DNA of 64,000 nucleotides from Eledone cirrhosa (Eukaryota), in NCBI GenBank assembly GCA_964016885.1, contig OZ024744.1, forward strand, positions 114,266,001 through 114,330,000. The letters are read 5' to 3'. Position numbers and translations under genes: made by a program. The notes below the pieces were generated by a model. The model was given only the letters and a program-made list of their open reading frames with translations. It did not search any database and was not told the DNA's origin. This document shows positions 53,014 to 64,000 of the stretch, in pieces. Positions within the stretch are counted from its first letter, which is position 1. Each line of letters starts with the position of its first letter.

Positions 53014-53596
53014 ATCAATGTTTTTACATGTAATTAACCTCCTATTCAACAGAACAATAATATAGATACATATATATTGATGTTGTGAGCAACAGTTTCG
53101 TATTTACAGGGTGGAATGGATGTGACATATATTTTACGGGAATTGTACAAACATTCAAATTCAAATTAAAAGCACAGGGTGGAATACATGCAACAGATAA
53201 TACAAGAGAATAGCCTAATAATTAAAGAGGCATTGTGAAAGGAGCTTTGAGAAAGAAAGAGTACATTAGCAATACATATGCAGCCGTGTAGAAAGTGCAC
53301 ATGCGTTAGTCATATATATGAGAAGGAAATAAGCAAAGTTATTATGCATATATAGATAAATAAATACTGTATTTTAAGCAAATATGTAATGTATTAAAAT
53401 CTATGGTGCACGTAGTATGTTGATAGTGTTTGAATTTGTGTGTGTTGGGGAGAATAAAGTTATTGCAGTCTCTTCCATTACATATGTTGAATTATATTTT
53501 AGTTAATGTTTATATTGAATGTTTTAAGTTAGTTAAAGCAATGGATTGTAAATTAGTCTCATTGTATTCTTATTCATCGACTATAGTTGTTCAATC

Positions 53597-53820
53597 CTGA
53601 CTTTGCTGACTGCTCCCCTATACATGGCTTGTACAGCTTTCACAAGCTATTCATCTACTCCTAGTTTTCTAAGAACCCACCAGATTATAGCACGGGGGAC
53701 TCTGTCAAAGGCTTTTTCCAGATCAACAAATGGCAGGTAGAGTGGCTTACTTTTAGCTAGGTACTTTTCCTCTAACTGCCTCACAAGAAAGAGAGCATCA
53801 GTGGTGCTTTTCCTGGTACA
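53597..53820 (-). mobile_element. RTE LINE RT fragment
   Basis: [37 protein letters not shown]. Confidence 0.9.
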
Positions 53821-53851
53821 AATATATTTACATATATATATATTGATATAG

Positions 53852-53949
<98 letters not shown>

Positions 53950-53977
53950 ATACACACACACACATATATATATATAT

Positions 53978-54218
53978 GAAGTATTTCCGTAGGAAAGGTA
54001 AAGGAAAAGAGAGTGCTCTATGTAGGCTACAGAGCTTTTTGGTTATGTAATAAACAACATAAGATAATTAATTCATTTACCAAAGGTTTCACGAAGACAG
54101 ACGAGCTGGACACTTACGTCTGCCTTCAATCATCAGAAAGAATTTATTAAAAGAATAATAAATTCGTGAAACCTTTGGTAAATGAATTAATTATCTTATG
54201 TTGTTTATTACATAACTA
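53978..54218 (-). mobile_element. Fold-back hammerhead element (family C), reverse orientation
   Basis: Tail 53978-54040 is the reverse complement of 37021-37083. Short inverted arm at 54165-54218. Confidence 0.82.
54070..54144 (-). ncRNA. Type I hammerhead motif (family C)
   Basis: Minus strand: aattcttt CTGATGA ttgaaggcagacg...cgtctgtcttcgt GAAA cc-ttt-gg TA aatgaatt. Confidence 0.8.
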
Positions 54219-54231
54219 TATATATATATAT

Positions 54232-55193
54232 ATAAATGGGCTCAATACGAATATTAACTTCACGATGGAATACAGCCATCAACAACTCCCTTTCCTCGAC
54301 ATCCTCATTAAGATTCATAACAAAAAATAGAAATAGACATATACTACAAGCCCACAGACTCCAAGCAATATCTTCCTTTCAACTCTTGCCACCCTAGACA
54401 CGTTAAAATTAATATTCCCTACAACTTAGCCAAGAGAATCTGTACTATAGTCTCCAATAAAAACACCTGTTACTTACGGCTACAAGAACTAAAGGACACA
54501 CTCATAGGCAGGGACTACCCTGCATCACTAATTGACAATGGAATCCAACGTGCCCTAAAACTCAGTACCCAAGACCTTAGACACTCTAAAGTAAATCAAC
54601 CGAAACTAAAAGCTTTTCCATACATCTCCACACACAACCCCCTCAACAATGAGGCCTTTGACACCATCTTCCAGAACATCCCTGTGTTAAAAAAGGACCA
54701 TAGAATGAACCAAATCCTACGAACACACGATATCATAAAGAGCAAAAGACAATCTAAGTCAATGAAAAACATCCTAACACATGCCAAAGTACTGCCAACC
54801 ACAACAACGAAACCCACAGTAAAAGAAATGCGATATACCCAACTGTGGCATTTCAAAGAAGGACAACGTTTTATAGTAAAACACAATTTCACATGCGCAT
54901 CAGAAAATCTAATATATGTATTAACTTGCTCAGCTTGTCGAGAACAATACATAGGCCAGACCAAAAACAGCCTCCGCCAACGCATGACTGTCCATAGATC
55001 CCAAATTAAAATATGGGAATACAGGAAAATACCACTGAGTGAACACATTGATACTTGTGCCGCCCAAAATCATCCCAACTTCAGAATCTTTCCCCTCTAC
55101 AAATTTAAAGATAATGCCACCCACACGCAGCGCATCAGCAAGGAATCTCACTTTATTAACAAATACGGACCCCGTCTAAACACTTCTCCCTAA
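54232..55193 (+). mobile_element. Penelope-like element ORF remnant (RT thumb + GIY-YIG), 5'-truncated
   Basis: INFTME...LPFLDILI...YYKPTDSKQYL.FNSCHP.HVK.NIPY, then FTCASENLIYVLTCSACREQYIGQTKNSLRQRMTVHRSQI...ESHFINKYGPRLN. Confidence 0.93.
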
Positions 55194-55656
55194 GACGAAC
55201 CCACAACATACTCACGTCAACATACATACCTACATCAGCATAGATCCTACATACATCTCTATCCGCATATAAACACAATGACATACGTAAACACACATGT
55301 TCTATGGTGCAACACAAATATACACAAATTTGCATACCTTTTGATGTCTATAGATATAAACGTGCCGACACACATACATATACGCACACATGCATTGCGC
55401 ACTAATGGGCACATACATATTTGTACACAAGTATTCCAATACGGCAGGGCCTAATGGATTCCCCTTGCAGTACGTACAATCTGGACACTCACACACACCT
55501 TGGTCTTATGCCAATACTATATATCATTTCACACCTTTTATTATTAAGGTTTTTGATGTTCTATTGAGATAATCGTTTTTACTGAAAATAGCGAATAATG
55601 TACACCATTTTTACCAGTATCACAAAAATATTGGTCCACCCACCCACACACATTCT

Positions 55657-55698
<42 letters not shown>

Positions 55699-55727
55699 TA
55701 CACACGCGTACATTAACATACAAAGAG

Positions 55728-55766
<39 letters not shown>

Positions 55767-56376
55767 TTTCTCTGTATAAGACAAGAGCTGAAAAATATAT
55801 TTTAACATGTTAAAATATCCCCCACACGCGTACAGACACATTCCTACTGACCGACCCCTCTACCACGAATTACTCTGCTACACACACACACACACACATA
55901 CACACACACTTGTCTTAATAGGCATTCGAACTGTCAACAGGCTGCTGACCATTATCACAACAACGAACCTCTTTACTACTACTACACACACACACACATA
56001 TTTGTCTTGAAAGACTTATTTTTCAGTGACTTCTCAATCAGCCGAGACAAACCTACATTTGGCGCAAAATCAATTTTTAACATTCACATGACCTCTACCG
56101 ACCAATCAAAATTGTTTTGACCACAAGAATTTTTTCATACATCTGGAGCCACTTTTTTTTACATAAAACAGGTAGAATTTTCAAAACTAATCAGATTAGA
56201 GCAAACATCACGGGCGCTCTATCTCAAAATTATTTTTGAAAAGCATTAGAAATGCGCAACCGGTAAAACTTAAAACCAGGACTGAATATTAACCAATACT
56301 ATTACTAATTTTTACTTATTCCTAATTAAACTATTTTTCACTGGGAACAATTTGTCAGCATTTTCTTTTCCTTTTA

Positions 56377-56466
<90 letters not shown>

Positions 56467-56569
56467 CATATATGTCTATATGTATATGTATGTATATATA
56501 TATATATAATATATACATATATATGTATACATATATATAATCATATATATATAAATATATATATATAGG

Positions 56570-57560
56570 GCGGGTAAAATTCTCGAGATCCATGGACGAC
56601 TTCTCTCCAGCGGTCTCTGTCCCTCATCATTGCTGCCATGTCCTGTGTCTCCAAGAGACCAGTGTCTGTCCTTAGGGCATCAACATATGTCAATCTTGGT
56701 CTCCCTCTTCCAGTGTGTCCATGCAGGGGCTCCCACAGGAGCATTGAGTGCAGTGCCAACTCTTGATGTCGGTGAGCATGTCCAGCTAACCTCAGTCTCA
56801 TCTGTGCTACATTTGAGCTGACTTTTGGGATACTCCCATACAGCTCTGAGTCCTTCATCCTCAGTGTATACTGATTAATGTTCAGAGCCATCCTCAGCAT
56901 TCTCGTGTAGCACCCATCCACCATCTGAGTGAGTTTCTTGGTCAGTGTCCAAGTCTCAGACCCGTACAGCAGCACAGACTCCATTGCAGCAATGAAGAGA
57001 CAGATCTTCAGGTCTTATGAAGGTCCGACTTCCACACCAGTCTCAAGCTGTGGCATGCCGCCCAGGCTTTGCTCTTCCTCTCGACCACATCATCTCTGTA
57101 TTCCCAATCTTTGCTCCGAAATACAGGAAGTCCTCAACCAATTCTAGCGGCTTCCCGCCTACATCATTAGTAATCTTCTCTGGCTTCTCAATATTCTCTA
57201 CCAGATATTTCGTCTTAATCTCATTCATTCACCAACAGCAAAGCCCAAGTCATTACACTTGATGGGATGACAGAGTTCTTTGAGATACTGGCTGGAGTGC
57301 GCCTGGAAGATACATTGACTCCCTACCTTTTTATCATCGCAGTGGACTATTGTATGCACCTTGTGCTGGAAAAACACCAGGAATCTGGCTTTACTGTAAC
57401 ACTGGCTCAGAGCAGGAGAGTTAAGGCGAAAAAGATATCAGATGCTGAATTTGCTGACGACATATTTCTGGTGACAAACACAGTGAAGGAGGCAGAGGAT
57501 TTGATGCAAGAGGTGGAGACTGTGTCGATGGGCTGAGAATGAATGAGATTAAGACGAAGT
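56570..57560 (-). mobile_element. LINE (second RTE-like family) with inverted 5' segment
   Basis: 56570-57230 (-) reads FLYFG...ESVLLYGSETW...LRLAGH...GRGRPRLTY. 57240-57560 (+) reads FEILAGV...LTPYLFII...FADD. Confidence 0.88.
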
Positions 57561-57694
57561 ATATATATATATATAATGATAATAATTGTTTCTACTTTTG
57601 GCACAAAGCCAGCAATTACCCAGTACATTACTGGTACTTCATTTTATCGACCCCGTAAGGATGAAAGGCAAAGTTAACATCGGCGGGATTTGAA

Positions 57695-59140
57695 TAAACA
57701 AAGACGGTTACTTTAGACCATCCCTATTTATTTTATTATACGTATTTCAAAGATGTATGGCTTATGTATAACATCAGTCAATCATGTTCTCTTCAGATAA
57801 AGCCCACAGCAGGTGTAAATATCCTTTGATATGCTAGTGGTCAGACGAGTTATTCACTTCAGCGACTGGCCAGCATATGCCTGGAAAAATGTTAATGTAA
57901 TAGATAGGAGTGGGGAAAATATTTTACAGTTGGCATTCCTGTTTTGAACTGGCTAGGGTATCAGGTTACCGGATTGGTCAATTAGTTCAAAGGAAAGCAT
58001 GTATTGTTAGTCTATTTTTTCTTTTTATGTTAGATTTATTTCACTTAGATACTATTTCAAATTATTCATAGATGTTGAAGTTATAATGTAGCTATATATT
58101 AAAGAAATTTTGCATTGCTTATTCCATAGTCTATTTAGCCTTATTTAACTAAACTAGCAGAAAAACCACACTTCGGGTGGTTTTCTGCTAGAATGTGTAG
58201 TGTGTATATTGATATTATACGCAAGTATACATACATGTAGATATGATACATCAAATAAAATCGTAATTGACAATATCCACAGAAATTGAACGAAGACTGT
58301 GTTACACTGTCTTATGTAATCAGTAACGTAATCCATGATACATTAAAAAAAGACGATATTATATATAAACTGCATTAGGCGAAAATTAGTGACAAAAATA
58401 TATGAATATTTATTTAGCGACCGCTAACCGGAAATGTTGACATTTGAACATTTTAAAGAAGTGAATCTTTAAATAAGTAATAAAATATATTTAATGAACA
58501 GTCACGAAATTTAGTAGATAAATTATGTAATATTCATTCATTATTTATTCAAAGTAATTCAACTTATTTTACTAATTTTATAAACCGTACACAGTCCCGC
58601 GCTCCTTACTTTATAGTTTAGATACCCTATGAAAAATCTTGGTGAATTTTTGGAGACAAGAACTAAAATTTCCAAGCGTTTGTTTATGATTTTATGTCTA
58701 TTTTTTATGATATGGGGAATCTCAGTGGTACAGAGGTCACACCTTTTAGATATAGATGCATTTTCATAAGGAAAAGCATGAGAAAGTATCTACCAAGAAA
58801 GGGAATATTCAATATTATTATTTTTAAGTGACCAAATCAATTCAGAAAGGGTTGTGCTAAATCTTTTATCTTTTCTTTTGAATGAGTGGCGATGGTTATA
58901 CCACTTTTCTTTAAATTTAGAAAAAGTTTAATTCCAATGGAGTGTGGTGAATTATACCACAGAATGGAACGGGATCGAACCCTCTTATTTAACTTTTTGG
59001 TTGTATTTAAGTTATATCCATTCAAAATCTGATTTGTCCTGACACTATTGTTTTGGGTTCGGATGCCAACAAAATTACGATAGTCATTAACTGTGTGTAT
59101 GTTAGTGTTAATATCAATGGTTTGTTTATTTCTACTAATC
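57695..59140 (-). mobile_element. Penelope-like element 3' half (linker, deleted GIY-YIG region, 3' UTR, hammerhead)
   Basis: Minus strand RSILWYNSPHS..IGIKLFLNL, then FKEKWYNHRHSF...TTLSELIWSLK...CDLC. Hammerhead at 57732-57801. Confidence 0.8.
57732..57801 (-). ncRNA. Type I hammerhead motif (family B-related)
   Basis: Minus strand: tttat CTGAAGA ga...tcttt GAAA tacgta TA ataaa. Stem II is irregular. Confidence 0.65.
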
Positions 59141-62085
59141 GCAGGCGAACATCTTAGTTATAAGCTTCTCTGGGTAGGTCATGATGATGGGTTAGGTGGA
59201 GTAGGCATATTACTGGCCGAGAGGTGGATCAACAAGACAATAGAGGTAGTTAGAATAATTAAGTAATAGAATAATTAAGCTTAGGTTAGTTGTAGGCAAG
59301 AGACTACTGACAATCATCTCTGCCTATGCTCCGCAGGCAGACCTAGGTAAAGAAGAGAAAGACTGCTTTTACGAGCAACTTTTAGAAACAGCCACAATGT
59401 CAGAGGACAGAGACATCGTTATGCTAGCTGGTGACTTCAATGTACATGTTGGACAGCTCCAGGATGGATACAATGGGGTACATGGTGGGCACGGTTACGG
59501 CTCAAGAAATGAAGAAGGAGTGAGACTTCTTGAATTTTGTGATTCAAGTACACTAATCATTTGCAACACTAACTTCCAGAAACCTACCAACCACCTAATA
59601 ACCTACAAATAACCACCTAATAACCTACAAATCAGGCGAGCACATAAGATTTACTTCTTGTTAGTTAGGCAGCGAGACAGACAGATGGTGTCAAATATTA
59701 AGGCATACCCCCGGGGAAGAATGTACCCACAGCATAGGTTAGTCGTTAGTGACATCTCAGTAAGCAAGAGAAAAAATGAGACATACAGGAAGGTGTGGAG
59801 AAGAAAGGTCTGGAAGCTAAAAGACCTTTCACTAAAATACAAATTTAGGAAAGTCTTTCAAATGTGTATAACGAAAAAGAAGACGATTTAGAGACGTATG
59901 ACATAGATAATAACTGGAATTTCTTACGTGACAACTTACTGCAGGCTACTGATGAAACTTGTGGCTGGAGCAGAGCTCTGACTTGACAAAGTGACTTGGT
60001 GGTGAACCAGCATGGTAGATAGGGCCATTAGAGACAAAAGACTGGCATGGAAGGCTTGGAAAAAGGGTGGGAGTAGAGACCGATACACAGCTGCGAGGAG
60101 AGAAGCTAGAGGTCAGGTATACTTAGCACGCAGGGAGGCGGAGAGTAGGAGGTTTGCCAATGTTATGCGACGGGAAGATCATAGACATGTGGTGCTCCGC
60201 ATTGCAAGGCAGTGTGTCAGAGTAAATCAAGATGTTGTTGGAGATAAGTGAGTTTGAAATGATGCTGGTGTACTTAGTGATGCTCAGTAAAAGGAGGCCT
60301 GGAAATGTCATTATGAGAGACTGATGAATGTGGAGAACGAATGGGAGAGAGAGAAATTACCCCCAGTAGTTCCGACAGAGGGACCATCTATTGAGATTGG
60401 CGAATATAGGGTCCTAGAGGCGATTAGGGAAATGAAAAATGGTAAGGCTGCTGGACGTCGGGGATAGTTGCTGAGATGCTGAAGACATCAGAAGAAGTAG
60501 GAACTAAACTGGTTGCATGCATCGTCAATCAAACTATATATGGTGGTGTCATACCCAAAGACTGGTGCAGCAGTATTTTCATAAATTGCTGCAAATGTAA
60601 AGGGGATGCTCTGGTGAGGAGCAATTATAGGGGCATAAAACTGATGGATCAGGTTATAAAAGTGGCAGAAAGGATATTAACACAACTAATTAGAGAAAGG
60701 GTCAAATTAGATGAGATGCAGTTTGGTTTTGTGCAACAGATCCCCCTCTTCTTAGTGAGACAATTACAAGAGAGGTTCTCAGAGAAAAAATAAGCCACTA
60801 TACTTAGTCTTTGTTGACCTAGAGAAGACCTTTGATAGGGTACCCCGATCTGTCATCTGGTGGTCCCTAAGGAAACTAGGTGTTGAGGAATGGCTTGTGA
60901 GAACAGTGCAAGCTATGTACAGGGGTGCTGTCAGTAAAGTGAGAGTATGAATGGATTTTAGTGAGGAATTCCAGATGCAAATAGGAGTACATCAAGGTTC
61001 GGTCCTCAGCCCACTCTTGTTCATTATAGTCCTCTAAGCCATAACAGAGGAGTTTAAGACTGTCTGCCCACGGGAACTTCTCTATGCTGACAATTTGGTA
61101 CTTATAGCAGAATCAGTAGAGGAGCTAGAGAATAAATTCTGGCTATGGAAACAGCAGTTGGAATCAAGGGGACTGAAAGTGAACCTAGCTAAGACAAAAG
61201 TGTTGATAAGTAGTAAAGAGGACAAAACTCTGATTCCGTCAGGGAAATGGCCCTGTTCAATATGGAGAAAAGGAACTGGCATAAATTCTATAAAATGTAC
61301 ACAATGTAGATCTTGGGTACACAAGAGATGTAGTGGGATAGCAGGCAAACTAACAGGTAGGGAAAACTATGTATGCAGTAGATGTACAGGGAAATTTGAC
61401 AGTAGAAGTCGCATTGATAGACACATTTTTCAAATTAAGGTAGGACCTATAGAGGTGGTTGATAGCTTCCGGTACCTAGGAGATCAGATTAGCATGGGAG
61501 GAGGGTGTTCCAAGGCCATAGTATCTAGAATGAGGACGGGTTGGAAGAAGTTTAGGGAGCTGCTTCCTCTGTTGACAACGAAGGGTTTCTCCCTGTGAAC
61601 CAAAGGCCGGTTATATGATGCCTGTGTGAGATGCGTGATGCTGCATGGTAGTGAGACATGGGCAGCAACTACAGAGGATATGTGACGGCTGGAGAGAAAT
61701 GAAGGAAGCGTGATCCGCTGGATCTGCAATGTCAATGTGCGTGAACGACAAAGCATAGACGAGTTGAGAGAGAAACTGTGTATAAGAGGGATAAGCTGTA
61801 GTGTGAGGGAGAGAAGGTTGCGATGGTGTGGACATGTGATGTGCATGGAGGATGACCACTGGGTAAAGAAGTGCCAAGAAATCCTAGTAGAAGGAAGACG
61901 TGGTAGAGGTAGACCACGATAAACATGGGCGGAGGTGGTGAGAGCAGACCTCAGATCGCTGAAGCTCACGGTGGAGATGACGAAGGACCGTGACAAGTGG
62001 TGAGATGCTGTGTGGAATAGGACTCGTCCCACCATTGCAAGTAGGGAATAGCGGACGTAAAATAATGATGATGATGATGATGATG
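59140..62085 (+). mobile_element. Long RTE-type LINE (APE endonuclease + RT), degenerate, with (GAT)n tail
   Basis: GVGILL, ISAYAPQ and LAGDFNVHVG (APE). Then QFGF, GVHQGS, LLYAD, Cys/His finger, FRYLG and LRWCGHVM. Ends gcggacgtaaaataa(tga)n. Confidence 0.95.
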
Positions 62086-62086
62086 T

Positions 62087-62592
62087 GTAATTATATTTAT
62101 CTATAGTCATGTATTCAATTTTATCATGTTAACCTGCTCTATTTAATGCATTATTATAGTATCTAGCCTTACTATTAATTATTTCTTTATTTGCTGAGAT
62201 ATTTTCTGTTGAACACTATTATTGATTATGGCCTTCTTAACGTTTCTAGGGTGGTTAGAGTGGTGGCTAACATAATTGAAGTTTTCAGCCGAGTCTGTAG
62301 AACCCATGGTGATGTCAAAGTTTTCAAGTCGAACTCTCTGGTCCATAATTCTTCGTTGAAATCAATTATCGTCTTCCTGGCCATAAGAATAATATTAACT
62401 TCGTCATTCATAAGACCTGTATATTTCATCTTTGAAATACGTATAATAAAATAAATAGGGATGGACTAACATATCTGTCTTGTTTATTAATATACTAAAA
62501 CTCCAGATAAACATAAACTGTTGAGTGCTTGACATCTGTTATAGAAAAGTCGGCAGATTTTAAATCAACCAACTTTCTCTAATTGAATAAAT
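62087..62592 (-). mobile_element. Penelope-like RT remnant (-) with an inverted pLTR piece (+) at its truncated 5' end
   Basis: Minus strand ENFDITMGSTDSAE / YVSHHSNHP / YYNNALNRAG. 62427-62590 (+) repeats catctttgaaatacgtataataaaataaatagggatgg of the 57715-57755 pLTR, then a TTGAGTGCT tail. Confidence 0.82.
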
Positions 62593-62634
62593 ATATATAT
62601 GTACACCACAGATGTATATATACACACACACACA

Positions 62635-62972
62635 CAGTAGTAATCGCAGTGATAGGCTAATTTTTGCAATGCAGGCGGGTTCTATAGAAGTGGTTGATAG
62701 CTTCTGGTACCTAGATGATCAGATTAGCATGGGAGAGGGGTGTTCTGAGGCCATAGTATTTAGAATAAGGATGGGTTGGAAGAAGTTTAGGGAGCTGCTT
62801 CCTCTGTTGACAAAGAAGGGTTTCTCCCTGCGTACGAAAGGACAGTTATATGATGCCTGTGTGAGATCCGTGATGCTGCATGGTAGTGAGACATGGGCAG
62901 CAACTGCAGAGGATATGTGACGGCTGGAGAGAAATGAGGCAAGCATGCTCCCTTGGATGTGCAATGTCAATG
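62635..62972 (+). mobile_element. RTE LINE C-terminal fragment
   Basis: IEVVDSFWYL...LHGSETW, closely similar to 61440-61740. Confidence 0.9.
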
Positions 62973-64000
62973 TGGTGTAGTACAATATAATATATGTGGT
63001 GTAGTACAATATAATGTATGTGGTGTAGTACAATATAATATATGTGGTGTAGTACAATATAATGTATGTGGTGTAGTACAATATAATGTATGTGGTGTAG
63101 TACAATATAAAGTATGTGGTGTAGTACAATATAATATATGTGGTGTAGTACAATATAATATATGTGGTGTAGTACAATATAATGTATGTGGTGTAGTACG
63201 ATATAATATATGTGGTGTAGTACAATATAATGTATGTGGTGTAGTACAATATAATATATGTGGTGTAGTACAATATAATGTATGTGGTGTAGTACAATAT
63301 AATATATGTGGTGTAGTACAATATAATGTATGTGGTGTAGTACAATATAATGTATGTGGTGTAGTACAATATAAAGTATGTGGTGTAGTACAATATAATA
63401 TATGTGGTGTAGTACAATATAATATATGTGGTGTAGTACAATATAATGTATGTGGTGTAGTACGATATAATATATGTGGTGTAGTACAATATAATGTATG
63501 TGGTGTAGTACAATATAATATATGAGGTGTAGTACAATATAATGTATGTGGTGTAGTACAATATAATGTATGTGGTGTAGTACAATATAATATATATGGT
63601 GTAGTACAATATAATATATGTGGTGTAGTACAATATAATGTATGTGGTGTAGTACAATATAATATATGTGGTGTAGTACAATATAATGTATGTGGTGTAG
63701 TACAATATAATGTATGTGGTGTAGTACAATATAAAGTATGTGGTGTAGTACAATATAATATATGTGGTGTAGTACAATATAATATATGTGGTGTAGTACA
63801 ATATAATGTATGTGGTGTAGTACGATATAATATATGTGGTGTAGTACAATATAATGTATGTGGTGTAGTACAATATAATATATGTGGTGTAGTACAATAT
63901 AATGTATGTGGTGTAGTACAATATAATATATGTGGTGTAGTACAATATAATGTATGTGGTGTAGTACAATATAATGTATGTGGTGTAGTACAATATAAAG
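62969..64000 (+). repeat. 24-bp tandem array (atgtggtgtagtacaatataat(a/g)t)n, runs off the window end
   Basis: Direct reading. Yields the (YYTTYIIL)n pseudo-ORF. Confidence 0.97.

Noticed and set aside
62719-63993. 424-aa ORF (YYTTYIIL)n and opposite-strand (CGVVQYNI)n
   Set aside because: Translation of a 24-bp tandem repeat fused to an antisense LINE fragment. No evidence of a real gene.

Overview
AT-rich, repeat-dense eukaryotic genomic DNA. The SINE/LINE repertoire and (TA)n/(CA)n load suggest an octopod cephalopod (inference). The only host gene is on the minus strand. Six GT-AG exons (46351-46240, 43017-42942, 32816-32726, 27792-27619, 20081-19977, 15829-15758) splice in frame into the juxtamembrane, transmembrane and kinase-homology region of a receptor guanylyl cyclase (natriuretic-peptide-receptor-like). 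The rest of that gene lies outside the window. The introns hold RTE-type LINEs, an L1/Tx1 LINE end, a DD37D Tc1/mariner relic, a MITE, tRNA-derived SINEs and several tandem arrays (65, 52, 108, 65/60, 19 and 24 bp units). The 13-kb 65-bp array is an amplified piece of a LINE ORF and has higher-order periodicity. The main hidden signal is about 19 type I hammerhead-ribozyme motifs (stem I-CUGANGA-stem II-GAAA-short stem III-NUH-stem I') from roughly nine sequence families. Most sit in short fold-back elements inserted in (TA)n tracts, and three families are physically linked to Penelope-like (GIY-YIG) retroelement ORFs. About ten are on the pre-mRNA strand of the cyclase gene. Most ORFs in the supplied track are microsatellite or antisense artefacts.
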